From positions 5,208,001-5,272,000 of the forward strand of contig CM035356.1 in assembly GCA_020137815.1 (NCBI GenBank): DNA of 64,000 nt. Reading direction: 5' to 3'. The stretch is from Hormiphora californensis. Its lineage: Eukaryota; Animalia; Ctenophora. The translations under genes and the position numbers were made by a program. Positions 39,801 through 56,984 of the stretch are shown in pieces (position 1 is the stretch's first letter; each line of letters opens with the position of its first letter). Under the pieces are notes generated by a model. It made no database searches, had not been told where the DNA came from, and worked only from the letters and a program-made list of their open reading frames with translations.

Positions 39801-40229
39801 TGTTTCACGCTACAAGTACAATTCTTGATTTAATTTTATTGATGTTTATTGATGGCGCTGCTAATTTAAGAGCTCTAAACGCCAACAATGAAAAAGAATG
39901 GGTCTTAGAAACTCTTAGATAAATATTTTGCGTGGGACGCGATGAGAATGGGTAAACAAATGAAGTTGAACGGTTAAAAAAGAGAGCGGTTTCTCAAATG
40001 TTTTTCTTTATTCGTGTGTCCAATGTAATTGTCGCCTGAAATGTCTATTAAATTAACGTATTTCCTTTTGCTAATACTGGCTGTGATGAAGATTGGTCCA
40101 TGTCCCATGATTGTTTACTAAATGTTGTGACGCGCGAAGTATTTTTGCCTCCGACGCACGAGAGGCGCCGCGCAAAAATAAAAAACAGACTCGATCCTTG
40201 GCCTTACTTACTTTGCACTGTGCCTTGGC

Positions 40230-40700
40230 CTTCCAGGCGAGATCAGAAAGTCTGGATTTTTAAAAATTGTCCAGATTTTTTGCGTTACAGGTCACCCCCT
40301 CTTGAAAAGCGCTGCCTTATCGGGGGCCAGCAACGTTTGCCAACACCCCCTGCTAAGATAGAGACTTCAAATTCAGAGCCGAAAGTCGGATTTTTTGAAG
40401 TTGTCACCCCCCTTTTCACACGCGGCGTCGTATTTGCGTGTGACGGCCCCCACTTGGCACTTGCTCTCATTTTTCGGCAAAAAGCCGCATATCATCGGAA
40501 AGAGCATAATTTTGTGAGTCCGTAAAAATTTTGTTTGACGAAATTGGTCAAGAAACAAAGGCGTGAGAGCCAAAACAAGTTACCGGGACTTTCCGGCGTG
40601 CAAACTGCAAATAAAACATCGCGCGTCACCCAGGGGGTGACAACTTCAAAAAATCCGACTTTAGGAAGAACATGTCGAGTTCTTCCCAAATCCCAACCTC
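40230..40700. mobile_element. Interspersed non-autonomous repeat with an internal inverted repeat
   Basis: aaagtcggattttttgaagttgtcacccc (from 40382) is inverted at about 40634-40662. It shares cttgaaaagcgctgccttatc with 30798-30818 and (inverted) with 27543-27562. Boundaries approximate. Confidence 0.55.
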
Positions 40701-41014
40701 TAAATTTAAAGTCTCTATATTGTCAGGAACCGGATATATCTCAGATATAAATTGTGCCAAATCAACGATGGGCGGCTGTCAGGCCAATGCTCTGACCACA
40801 GTTCTCGCGCGCTCCGCGTGCAGAACAGACCTTATTTGAGAGAAGCGAGAATGGGTCAGGCCAATGCTCTGACAGATGGGCGGGCAGTTTAAAAATCCTA
40901 CTTTAGAACAGCTGGTGCCTGAACCGGCCCATCTCCCAGATTAGATACGCATTTTTTGTTTTAATTTAAAAAGGAAATAACATAATTAAAAGTAACAATT
41001 TCTCTATTTTAGCA

Positions 41015-41617
41015 ATGTTAGTGAGATGGAAAAGAAAGAAGCTAAGCGGTCCGATCAGTTCAGCATTTACAGAAGAAGACGAAGAAGAAGAGGATTATAG
41101 CAACAAGATAATTCCATTCAAGAAACAATGCTTTGCATTGGAGGACAGAGTGACAATCATTGGACGTTTGAAAAGGGAAGGGAACATATTGGCAGAGGCT
41201 GGGCGATATTGGGAGGCGCTATCCAAGTTTGGTGAAAGTATTGCCCTTTGCAGGGAGGACATGGAGCACTCTTCAGTCGACCACACCCGCACCTTATCTG
41301 TATTGTATGAACTCTCAGCACAATGCTACTCCGAGCTGGCGGAGGTGTTTCCTGCTGCTTTTGCTGCTGAGAAGTCAGTTCACTTTGATATCACGTGTCC
41401 TGTAGCGAGACAGACCCTGGCTCGAGCTCAGATTAATATTGGAGAGTTGGGAATGGCAAAGATAACGATTCAAAAGTCAATAATACTGGACCCAGCAGCT
41501 ACTGATACATGGAATGATTTGAGGGAGGTTCAGGAATTGTTACGGAAGAGAGATGAGACTAGTTGGACCAGCCTACCAGTCACAACTCGACCTGGCATTG
41601 TGTGTCAACGGGAATAG
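41015..41617 (+). CDS. TTC33: Tetratricopeptide repeat protein 33 homolog, single coding exon (200 aa)
   Basis: N-terminal WKRK, LKREGNILAEAGRYWEAL, LYELSAQ...EVFPAAFAAEKSV, ARQTLARAQINIGE, matching recalled TTC33 motifs. Confidence 0.85.
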   Translation: MLVRWKRKKLSGPISSAFTEEDEEEEDYSNKIIPFKKQCFALEDRVTIIGRLKREGNILAEAGRYWEALSKFGESIALCREDMEHSSVDHTRTLSVLYELSAQCYSELAEVFPAAFAAEKSVHFDITCPVARQTLARAQINIGELGMAKITIQKSIILDPAATDTWNDLREVQELLRKRDETSWTSLPVTTRPGIVCQRE

Positions 41618-41732
41618 GAGTTGGTGGAGTCAGCAGCTAGTGCAGTAGGGGTGACTTGTTCTGTTATTTCTCCGTGTGGGGCGTAGAGAAACAGGGTCAA
41701 GCAAGGGGTGACTACGAATAAGAGGAGGAAAA

Positions 41733-43284
41733 CTAAACGGGAGTGTGCTGACTCTTTCCACATCGATCTAATCCCAGCGATGAAGTTGAGACATTTTTTG
41801 TTGACATCTCATTAACAGTTGCACTTCTATTTAACTCCAACTCGATTGTATTGAGTGTTTTCCTCACCTTCCCTCCCATCATTATAGCTTTTCTAAACCG
41901 TGCCATTCTGCTCACATATATAAATGGGTTGACAATGGAGTTCAGTGTCACTACCATTACATATGCCAGTAACCAGGCGTACTTGTGTAGAAAGGTGTCC
42001 TCGCCCAGGTAACTCTCCTTAGTGATATAAAACTGTACCAGGAACCCTGTGTAGTTTATCACACAGGGCACGTTACACACAATGTATACTAATGTGACTA
42101 TAATAATGGTAACAGCAGCCCTGCGTTTGTCCCGCTGGATCCTCTCCTGTGTGAGTGAGAAGGAGAGGGAGCGGTAGATGGAACAGGTTTGATGGGACCG
42201 TGGGGATTATTGGTCAATGGGGAAAAATTGGGGGAAAGGGAAAAAACTGCACCCCCTATCAAATTTAATGGGCAAAGTTAAATTGAATTTTGTTCAACAC
42301 CGGGTCAACAAACCAGGTGATTTTGTTAGTAAGAGGACACGAGCGGTTTGTGTCAAAAATTTCTAGACTCTTGGGGACCCGTGTTTCCCAAATCTTTAAC
42401 TAACCGGAAAAATTTTTTATCTCGTTTTCATTCCAAAATACCCCCGAGGCGTCCTATTAACGGACCCCCCCCGCGCAACCATAATCGTTCCCGTCCCAGG
42501 AATGAGAGATAGCCAATAATGACCCTCCTTATTAGACACACCCGCCTACTGATACCATGCATCGGTCGAAGAAGGGCGTACGTTCTGGGGGTTCAAGTGT
42601 GTTTAGTTATCTCACAAAACAGCCATGTAGTAGTTTCTCCCTACTCGGGTGTTTTTTCTTTCTCTTAAACCTCATCCCTTTTAAAGGTATGGCAGGCCCC
42701 AAAAACATAAATCCCTTTTCCCCCTACCTCCCAAAAACCCTCCAAGAATAAAAGGGCGGTTTACCAACCCCTTCCCCCTGAGAACAGAAGGGGTAAACCA
42801 AGGAATCTGAGAATAGGGAACAGTTCCCACCCCCCCAAAACCCCCATTTTTAAACAGAATAGGGGCTCCCCAAATGACTGGTTGGCGGTTGTATAATAGG
42901 GATATACCTGGGGGGAGTTTCAAATTAACATAAATATTTTTTTCAAGGGGGGGGGTTAAAAAATGTTATTTCCATTTTTGGGGTACAATTTTAGGTTTCC
43001 CCAATAAATTAAGAACCCCCGTATCAAAAAATTTTGTTTTTTAGGGAGAAAAAGCTTTCCACGTAGAAAATTAATTAATTTTTTACCCCATACTTTGTCA
43101 ACCCACCAGGGTCCGTTTTCTTTCCCGGGCGGGTTAGGACGAGGTGGGGGGGGGTAGCGAAAATCAGTGGTGGAATACCCCTTTTTAACACAGTTGGTAT
43201 ATCTTGTTTCTTGTTCATGAAGAATACCAGGGACACTGCATTACAGGGGGTGCCAATAATGAAGAATAGGATGCAAAACCCCAA
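41733..43284 (-). CDS. Class A GPCR. Last exon 41733-42146 is intact; TM1 remnant near 43170-43284; the middle is corrupted by assembly errors
   Basis: KRRAAVTIIIVTLVYIVCNVP (TM6), TLNSIVNPFIYVSRM (NPxxY, TM7), FIIGTPCNAVSLVFF (TM1). Confidence 0.75.
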
Positions 43285-44752
43285 ACTGGGTCAGATTGGG
43301 GAAGGGATCTTTTTATTTTTATTAATTGAAAATTAAAAAGGAGGTTTTATCGGTGGTTCCCTTTTTTCCCTGGAAAAACAAATGTAAAGGGAGGGTTAGA
43401 ACATAACAAGCTATATTCATAATTTTAAACAAAAAGGGTAAAAAGTGGGTGACAAAAAAAAAGATAAAAGGGAAAAAGATTTTAAAAATTTTAAAGACCC
43501 CCCAGGTTTTGTAGTAATATTAGGGAACCCCACAACATACTCTCACCCCTTACTCAACAAGAACCGGCAACATACGGAATGGGGGGCAGCTAATGAGTTG
43601 GAATGCGGTTTTCTGGGGGGGGAAAAAAAAGGAAAAAAAAAACCTTTGTCCGAGTATTTCTTTGATCAAACTCTCCATTGCAATTTTTCTTTCATCCCTT
43701 TTCCCAATCTCCATGCACTATACTTTTTACCCGAATCGTCTCGTTCTCTGTCAGGCCAATGCTCTGACAGCTCGTTATCCTCTCGGATCTGAGCGCACTG
43801 TGGCTAGAATCTAGATTGAAAATCAAAACGGGGTACATGGCGCCTTCAGACCTGTCAGAGCATTGGCCTGACCCTATTCTCATTTCTTCAAAAAGAACTG
43901 TGGTCAGAGCATTGGATGACCCCTTTCGGGCGGTCTAAAGGAGAGAAATATACTATATGTGGCCGGAGCTGGTCGGGAAAAGGGTGGGAACATTTTTAAA
44001 ATCACAAGGGAAAAAGAAGGGTAAAAGGTTTTTTTTTCCCCCCCCCCAAAAAAAAAAAAAAGGGGGGGGGGGGGGGGGGGGGGGGGGCCCGGGGGGTTTT
44101 GGGGGGGGGGAAAAAATTTTTTTGGGGGGGGTTTTTTTAAAAAAAAAAATTTTTTTTTTTTGGGGGAAAAAAGGGGGGAAAAAAGGGAAAAGGGGGGGGG
44201 AAAAAAAAAAAAAAAAAAAAAGGGAAAAGGGGGGAAAAAAAGGAAAAAAGGGGGAGAAAAAGGGGGGGAAAAAAAGGGGGGAAAAAAAAAAAAGGGGGGA
44301 AAAAAAGGGGGGGAAGGGAAAAAAAAAAAACCCCCCCAAAAAAAAAGGGGAAAAAAAGGGGGGGAAAGGAGGGGAAAATTTTTTGGGGGGGGGGGGGCCC
44401 CCCCGGTTTTTTTAATCCCCCCCTTCCCCCTTTTTTTACCCCTTTTCCCAAACCCTTTCCCAAAAACCCCCCTTTTTTTCCCCCCCCCTTTTTTCCCCCC
44501 CCCCCCCCCCTTTTTTCCCCCAAAAAAACCCCCCTTTCCCCCCCCCCCCCAAAACCCCCCCCTTTCCCCCCCCTTTGGTCCCCTTTCCCCCCCCCCCCCA
44601 AAAAAAAAAAAATTTTTTTCCCCCCTTTTTTTCCCAAACCCCCCTTTTTTTCCCCCCCAAAAAAACCCTTTTTTCCCCCCCCCCTTTTTTAAAAAAAAAA
44701 CCCCCCCGGGGGGGGCCCCCAAAAAAAAAAGGGAAAATTTTTAAAAAAAAAA

Positions 44753-44787
<35 letters not shown>

Positions 44788-45915
44788 CAAACCCCCGGGG
44801 GGGCCCCGGGGGGGGGGGGGGGGGGGGGAGAGAAAAAGGGGAAAGGGGGGGAAAAAAGGAGAAAAAAAAGGGGAGGGGGGGGGGGAAAAAAAAAGGGGGG
44901 AAGAGAAAAAAAAAGGGGGGGGGAAAAAAAGGGGGAAAAAAGGGGGGGGGGGGGAAAGAGAGAAAAAAGGGGGGGGGAGAGAGGGGGGGAGGGGGGGGGG
45001 GGGGGGGGTTCCTGGGAAAAAAGGGGGGGGGTTTTTTAAAAGGGGGGAAAAAAACAAAAAAGGGGCCCAAAATTTTAAATTCCCTTTTTTTTTTGGGGGG
45101 CCCTTAAAAACCCCCCCCTTTCCCAAAAAGGGGGGGGGGGGAAAAAAAAAAAAACCCCCCCCCTTTTTTTTGGGGGGGGGGGGGGAAAAAAAAGGGGTTT
45201 TTTTGGGGGGGGGCCCCCTTTGGGGGGGGGGGGGGAAAGGGGGGGGGGCCCCCGGGTCGGGGGGTTTCCCCCAAAATTTCCCCCCCGGGGTTTCCCCCTT
45301 TTTTTGGGGGTTTTTTAAAACCCCGAAAAAAAAAAAAAAACCAAAAAAAACCCCCCCCCAAAAACCCCCCCCAAAAAAGGGGGGCCCAAAAGGGTTTTAA
45401 AAAAAAAAAAAGGGTAAAAAAAGGGGGGGGTTTTTGGGGGGGGGAAAAAAAAAAGGGGGAAAGGAAAAAAAGGGGGGGTTTTTTTTGGGGGGAAAAAAAT
45501 TTTTTTTTTAAAAAAAAAAAAAAAAAAGGGGGAAAAAAAAAGGGGGAAAAAAAAAAAAAATTTTCCCCGGGGGGGGAAAAAAAAATTTTGGGGAAAAAAA
45601 AAAGGGGGGGGGGGAAAAAAGGGGGAAAGGAAGGGGCAAAAAAAAAAGGGGGGGGAAAGAGGGGGGGAAATTTTAAACCCCCCTTTTTCCCCCCCCCTTT
45701 TTTTTTTGGGGCCCTTTTCCTTTTTTTCCCCCCTTTTTTCCCAAAATTTTTTTTTTTTTTCCCCCCCCCCTTTTCCCCCCCCCCAAAAACCCCCCTTTTT
45801 AAACCCCCAAAAAAAAAAAATTTTTTTTCTTCCCGGGGGAAAAGGGGAAAATTTTTTTTGGGGCCCCATAAAAAAAAACCAAAGAAAAGGGGGGGTTTTT
45901 TTGGGGGGGAAAATA
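42200..45915. other. Homopolymer-inflated low-quality sequence, probably a basecalling or consensus artefact; worst at 44000-45915
   Basis: Sequence degrades into runs of A, G, C and T, and the GPCR exons lose frame progressively. Confidence 0.85.
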
Positions 45916-46523
45916 GTTTACCGGCGTCGGGTTCCTGAGTCGCCAAACTTTGGAACCTCTTTCAAGGATTTATATACTCTGTCGGCAATGCTTGACTTGC
46001 TGCGAAGCAGGCAAGCCCCGTAGTGAGGGGATCGCCCTACGGGCGCGCGAACATGGGGGGCGCGACGTGCCCAATGCTCTGACCACAGTTCTCGCACGCG
46101 AGAATGAGTCAGGCCAATGCTCTGACAGTATGTACTGAACAGGACATGTCTCACAAAATACTCTCCGAACTTGTTGAGAAACTCAACAACTCTAAACCAG
46201 GCCGCAACTAAGAAGCTGCATGCATGTATCGTTGTTGGATAATGGCCAATGGGTTATTCAACAAGTTCAGAGAGTATGAAAATACCTGGGGCAATGCTCT
46301 GATCGCGTGCAGAACCCTATTTGAAGAAACGAGAATCATCAGGCCAATGTTCTGACAAGATACAGTCATGTAGTATGACAAAACACATCCCAGATCAAGG
46401 TTGAAAAATGGTTGCGCAAATAGAAAAAGAGGAGGGAAAATAGGCAAGTCATTAATGTGGCATATGTAGCACCTGGCATGTTATTCTCTTTCCTCTCTCT
46501 CTCTCTCTCTCCCCTCCCCTTCT

Positions 46524-46569
<46 letters not shown>

Positions 46570-49227
46570 CTCTCTATCTCTCCTCCTCTCTCCCTCCCTC
46601 CCTCTGTCTCATTTACCCCTACCCCTACGAGAACTACCTCTTTTTCTACGACCAAAATAACTAATTTGACGCTTCTAGAATTCTCATCCACAGGGGTAGC
46701 AAACATTTCGACCAACTTTATATCCTCTTAGATCCTCTTAGATTCTCTAAGAAGGCTGAGCTCTGCCAGGTTGAGATCGAGTCGATACTGTACGAAACTA
46801 AACCGCGAGGAAATCTACAGAAGGAAAGGAAGTGGGGAGATAATGGTGGTATGGGAAAATAGCTAGGGGTTGAGAAATAACGATGGTTAGAGGGTGGAGA
46901 AATAGTTAGAGAAAGCAGGGCTGCTAAATTATCGGAGAGATATCACGTTTCTTTATAATCACAACGCTATTTCCTGTGCTTCTATCGCCACCACTAATGT
47001 GCTTCTATCGCCACCACTAATATTGGCCACATTGATGCCTGAGTGAGATCGAGGTCGCGCAGCGACCGAGATCGATCTCACATCTAGGCCTCCGGCGCGT
47101 TATTGATTTTAGAGCAAACTTTTTCAAAGACCTGGCTGCAAGGAACTACTGAACCGATTTGCATCTCGTTTGTTGCTCCTGGCAGATAATTGTCTCTAGT
47201 TTTACGGAAAATACCCGCCGATACATCAAAGTGCCAATTGAGGCGATAATTGGGGTTTTGGTAGTGCTATGTCGGCTAAAAATGCCTGCTAAAACAGTAT
47301 ATCGCGCGCGATTTGATAGTCCCACTGCTGAAAACGTGCTTTACATCGCGCGCACGTGAGTTCTTGCTGTCCACAGGCCGGGAGCCTATTCTTCGCGGAG
47401 CGAGAATAGGTTGCAATGGAGCCAACCACTAATAGTGGTCCACTATTTGTCGTACATGTGGTTACTGAAGAGATCAGGCATGAAAATATTGAATAGCTTC
47501 ATGCCTGATCTCTTTCCTTCAGAACAATTGGCGCTATTTAGGCTTTTCATTTTCACATTGAGGCTGAGAGAGTCTCCAACTAACTAATGTCACAATGTCA
47601 CATAGTCATGTAATGGGGGGGGGGGACAATGTCACAACGTCACATACTCATATAATAGGGAGGGGGAGCATCGATAAACAGTTCAATGCACCGCTGCAGC
47701 TGTAATTGTCACAATTCTCAAATGCAGTAGTGCGTGTCCGTGCCATTATGCGTGATCAAACGCAGTGCGTATAGTTATCTGCTGCAGGGGCCGCGTTATA
47801 GTGAAGCTCATTATATAGTTTGGCCTGGGAGGGGATCAATGCAGCCCCGCTACCTATTAATTGTGGATATTATATAACTCTTTATAAGCATCAGGAGCAG
47901 AGAATTCAGAATTAGGGAGTAATAAGAGAGAGATGCAAGCTGCTTGCAGCAAGCAAGAGAGGTGCAAGCAAGAGAAGTTATCCATAACTGTGGGAATAAT
48001 TAACAACTCGTTCCTTCCAATCCCAATAAATAATATGTCGCTGAAGTTCAAGTCTCAAGGTGCCCTACTCTGTGTTCGCACAAGAGAATGACAAGAATGA
48101 GACTGAGAGATTAAGGGCGAATATAATGGATAATATCCATCGAATATTAGACATTGAATAATTTGGAGCACCACAGACTATACAGTTTAAAGACAGTGAC
48201 TATAATTCTTGACAACTGTAGCCTAACGACTTCTAGAAGATTCCAGTACAGTTGGTTCTGAGCGCTGAGTCTATACTACTGAGTGAGAGAACTAGAAACG
48301 ACTCGCGTCAGAGCTATACTCCATTACCGTGGCAGGTAAAGAATGATTTGAATGCTAGTGTTCGAGGAACTAATTTTCGTGACCTAAAGTTTAGAAATGA
48401 CATAGAGAGGTTAACCGTTAAACCATGTCTCAGGAAGTCTGAGAGAATTATAGATTGGTAACCAGGTGAATAGCTGAAATAATGAGTCAAATACTTCTTT
48501 TTGTAAAGATTCGTGATCTCTTATACTACTAGCTGTTGAGTAAAACAAACTACTAGACCTGGTCAACTACTTCTGTATGTGAGAGATGTTTTCAACAAGA
48601 AAGATTCGTGATCCCTACTTCTAGAGAGTAGAGAATTATAGATTGGTAACTAGCTGAATAGTTTATCAAGTCAGGCAGGTCGGAAGAATCTCAACACCTG
48701 CCTCAAGTTGAATCTTGTCGAATGACAGTTTATCAAGTTGTTGAGTAAGGGGTTGAGTGGACCCGGTCAGAGCATTGACCTGACTGGTGGATAACCCCAC
48801 CCTTACTCAAAAAGGCCTGACACGGCTGACAGTGAGGGATTGATCGGGGACCCATTACTCAATAATTTAACAAAGGGAAACACGGTGATTTTGCGTATGA
48901 AATAGAGTCTTATAAAATTGTCTATACAAGTTTACAATTCAATATGTGTGTATAACCTTGACCCTATTGTACCAGTTTCATCCCCATTTCACCCCAAACT
49001 ACTATCTGGGAGTAAAATATCAATATGAGCCAGCCTGATCATGTCTGGCGCCGCTAGCCAGCCTGATCCATCTATCGAGCAGCTAATACTTCTTGTAATG
49101 ACCGGTGCGGGACAGAAAGCTGTGTATATCGACGCGGGAAACAGGGGTAGGGACAAGTGTGTTCCACTACCGGCCCTGTTTCTCGCAGCAATAAACTGCA
49201 GACTAAGTTCCAGCTGGTGTCGCTGCA

Positions 49228-49267
<40 letters not shown>

Positions 49268-50550
49268 TGCTGGTGTCGCTGCACTGTCTCGAGGTGATGG
49301 GAAAAATAAATGAAGTCGAGACGAAGAACCTAGTCAAATCTCAGACAACCCCATATTGGGGGGTGGGTAGAGAGCTCAGATCGAGCCGCCTTGCAGTGTG
49401 AAAAATAATGAGACCAGCTAGCATAACTATATAATGACTCAAAAACTCCAGCACTACACGTATCAGCCGCATTGTAACTCTTGATCTACCCTCACAGAGA
49501 GATGTGAGCCACACAATGTAACTCTTCTAGTCTCCTAAATATCCTTTTTAACCCAACAATAACGCGCCAGAAATTGAGAGGCCACTCTCAATTTAGTCAA
49601 ATGTCATCAGCCTAGAATAACGCGACACCCGGCCTCATATTTAATTAGAGTACTAGATCGACCATGTGGGGTATGTGACCTGACAGCTGCACATACTCAC
49701 TCAACTGCACACTAGCTGACTAGATCTGCAATTCAATATATTATACTACCCGTCTGAAAAAACACCACATAACACTACTGCTGACATATATAAGTGCACG
49801 GGTTATTCCACCTAAAACAAGATCAAGAATATAAATTTTCAATCATAAAAACTCTTTCTCTAACAGTACACAATTGGAACACATGTATATAACTCGACAG
49901 AGTTGTCTAAAGGGCGTTCTACCCTGTCAGGCGAATGCTCTGACCACGGTTCTACCCGACATTTGCTCTCTGTGTTCTACACAACAATATAGATCACGTG
50001 ATATCAAGTTCCATCATCTACAGTTCAATTTCTCTCTCTTGGCTCAAAACAAATAAATAGAGAATGGTACCCGCCTAAAACAGCAAGATATAACACAGAC
50101 AAACACACAGACACACCATCATGACAAACACACAAACACACATACAGACAAACTGACACACACACATGTATATATATATCATGGAGTCTCAAAACACACA
50201 TACACAGCGTATCTAGCGTTTTAAATACGCTGACTGTTGTTAATTGTCTTTTTCCAGCATATAATTCATTTCAACACACACTGACAAACACACAGACATG
50301 GCAAACACACTGACATAGGACAAAACAACAACAAAAGTGCAAAGTGTGAGATAATAAATAAAATAAACATGCGTCTGTCCTAGCGTGTGAAACATTGTCT
50401 CTTATATTCTCACGCAGCAGAACACCATTGCAAAGTTATTGGCCCCGTCTTTCAACAGCTCACATACTCTGATACACATGTCACAACACACAAACACATT
50501 ATATATCTCGGGGGTTAATACACAGCACATGTAATATAATGATAACACTC

Positions 50551-54609
<4,059 letters not shown>

Positions 54610-55242
54610 CTGAGAGGAGAAGGGCTGTTATTAAATAGTCACAATGACAAAACCACCCGTCCCTCAACCCCCGATGACCCCCACACAACTCTTAAACCTG
54701 GTACTCCATCCCAGATCCCCCGACAGTGCCATGGGTTCAAACCGACCCTCACCCCCTGCGGTGGCAACGCGCACGATCCAGTGCGCGCACGTGGAATACC
54801 AGTTGTGAGGTATCGCGCCCTCCGTCAAGTCCAGCTGCTGCTGCAACCCAGAGCTAGAAGTGTTAGAAGCTTGGAATCTCCAAATGACGTCACATGACAC
54901 CCCATTACGCGATGTAAACCCACCTCAGGGTCACATCTATAACTGATGGAGTCGTCTTTCAATAACACCACTTCCCCTCCCCCCGATACCAAAACTGGAA
55001 ATGCAACACCCAATTTGGAAGGGGACCTACATTTTACTAATGTTTTCAGAACATTACCCCCCTCTACATTCCTTCTTATGTTAGGCTCCATTCCTTTTCT
55101 AGCAGCTAGTTCCATCTTCTACAACAAAGTTTCTTGAAGACCAATGACGAGATATAGTGTGAGTGGGTAGCGTGCAAAACTATTCACCTGTTTAGGAGTT
55201 CACTACTTTGTCATGCAACATCAAAATAGTAACCTGTTTAGA

Positions 55243-55300
<58 letters not shown>

Positions 55301-56032
55301 CCGTTCTCACTAAATGGCCAATCTGTTGCTTACTGAAAGATATACAATCAACCACCAGCCACCTTGTATGCGGAAAGATAGTAGAACGGTCAGAGATGGA
55401 TAGAGAGATAGAGATTACTGATATATTGAGAAAGAAGAAGATATCGGTAACGGTAGTTCCACAATATGGCCTGGAATCCACATTTTACGGATGAGAGATC
55501 CACAGAGAGGGAGAGAAAGAGGATAGAGAGGATAGAGGGGAGAGAGGATAGAGGTGGCCCGCAGGTAGCTTCTCCTCCCGTCACATGCACACACACACAC
55601 ACTTCGGTAATTCTATCTTAGATTCTCTATATCCCTTACCCTCCTTCTTAGGTCTCCTTCTCCCAATATCCATATAGCGTCGATTCAATTTTCCCGACAG
55701 AGAAGAAAAGAGAAGGAAGATAATGATAGAGAAAGTAAGGAGGGAGGAGCATACTTTAGTAGGTAATTTGTCAACGTAAAAACATACCGACACCCCCTCC
55801 TCCCTCCGACATTCTGTCCAATTCGAATCATATATCACTCTCAATTCAAGATGGAGTTGTGACGGCTCTTTTCGCTTTTTCCGACACGATGCGACGGCAG
55901 AATGGAAATCCAGAGTGTGTGGTGTGGCTACTACTAGAGAGATGATGTGTGGCTACTACTAGAGAGATGATGTGAGAAGCTGTGGCATGTGCTCCATTGC
56001 TGCATACCTACCATTCAATGCTCGATAACCGG

Positions 56033-56093
<61 letters not shown>

Positions 56094-56182
56094 TACAGAC
56101 CACATAACACGCCAATACCCTGGCTATGGAGCTATCACGTGCTTAGAGATGCACCTCAACCAATGACTGCTTGTTCTCTCTC

Positions 56183-56214
<32 letters not shown>

Positions 56215-56530
56215 CCTCTCTCCCTGTCTCCCCAAACCCCAGATGTATCCATGACAACATGGTATACACGCACGCATGTACTGCTCACACGCCACCCCTG
56301 TACTCACTTCCTTCTCTCTCACCCCTCCCCCCTCTTTCTATCTCTCTATCGCTCTATGTCTCTCACCCCTCCTCCCTCTTTCTATCTCTCTATCGCTCTA
56401 TGTCTCTCACCCCTCCTCCCTCTTCGCCCAATGGTGCACCCGGCCGGGTCACGTGAATGCACATGAGCAAACATCCGGGAACCAAGCGAGAGAGAGAGAG
56501 AGAGTGAGAGAGAGAGAGAGTGAGAGAGAG

Positions 56531-56561
<31 letters not shown>

Positions 56562-56883
56562 GAGAACGAGAGAGAAAGAGAGAGAGGGAGGGAGAGGGAG
56601 AGATAGAGAGAAGGTTGGGTGAGATTGCGAAGATGAGAGTTAGAGAAGATTGTATACAAGAAAGAAGGTGAGTCTAGGCAATGTATTCGGCCATCCCACC
56701 AATCTCTATCTCGCTATCTATCTCTCTGTCGTTAATTTTCTCAAAATGGGCGTGGGGTGGAACAGTGCATGAAATTATGCTCGCATTTCCTGCTGGATTT
56801 ATTGTGACAGGGGGGAAGTAAGGGCAGTTCTTGGAGCAATGTGTGTGTGAATATTTCAAATTTGACAAATTTCCTCCCTGTGA

Positions 56884-56984
<101 letters not shown>

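Noticed and set aside
40100-40750. ORFs of 60-140 aa on both strands
   Set aside because: They lie within an interspersed inverted-repeat element and show no protein motifs.
43904-45946. Long G/K/P/F-rich ORFs
   Set aside because: They are translations of homopolymer-inflated, low-quality sequence, not proteins.
46208-46814. Possible two-exon minus-strand gene with plausible splice sites
   Set aside because: All frames of the upstream candidate exon contain stops and there is no recognisable homology.
54664-55115. ORFs upstream of the LDLa exons as the N-terminus or a CUB domain
   Set aside because: A phase-compatible donor exists at 54753, but there is no clear start, signal peptide or full domain motif; left unresolved.
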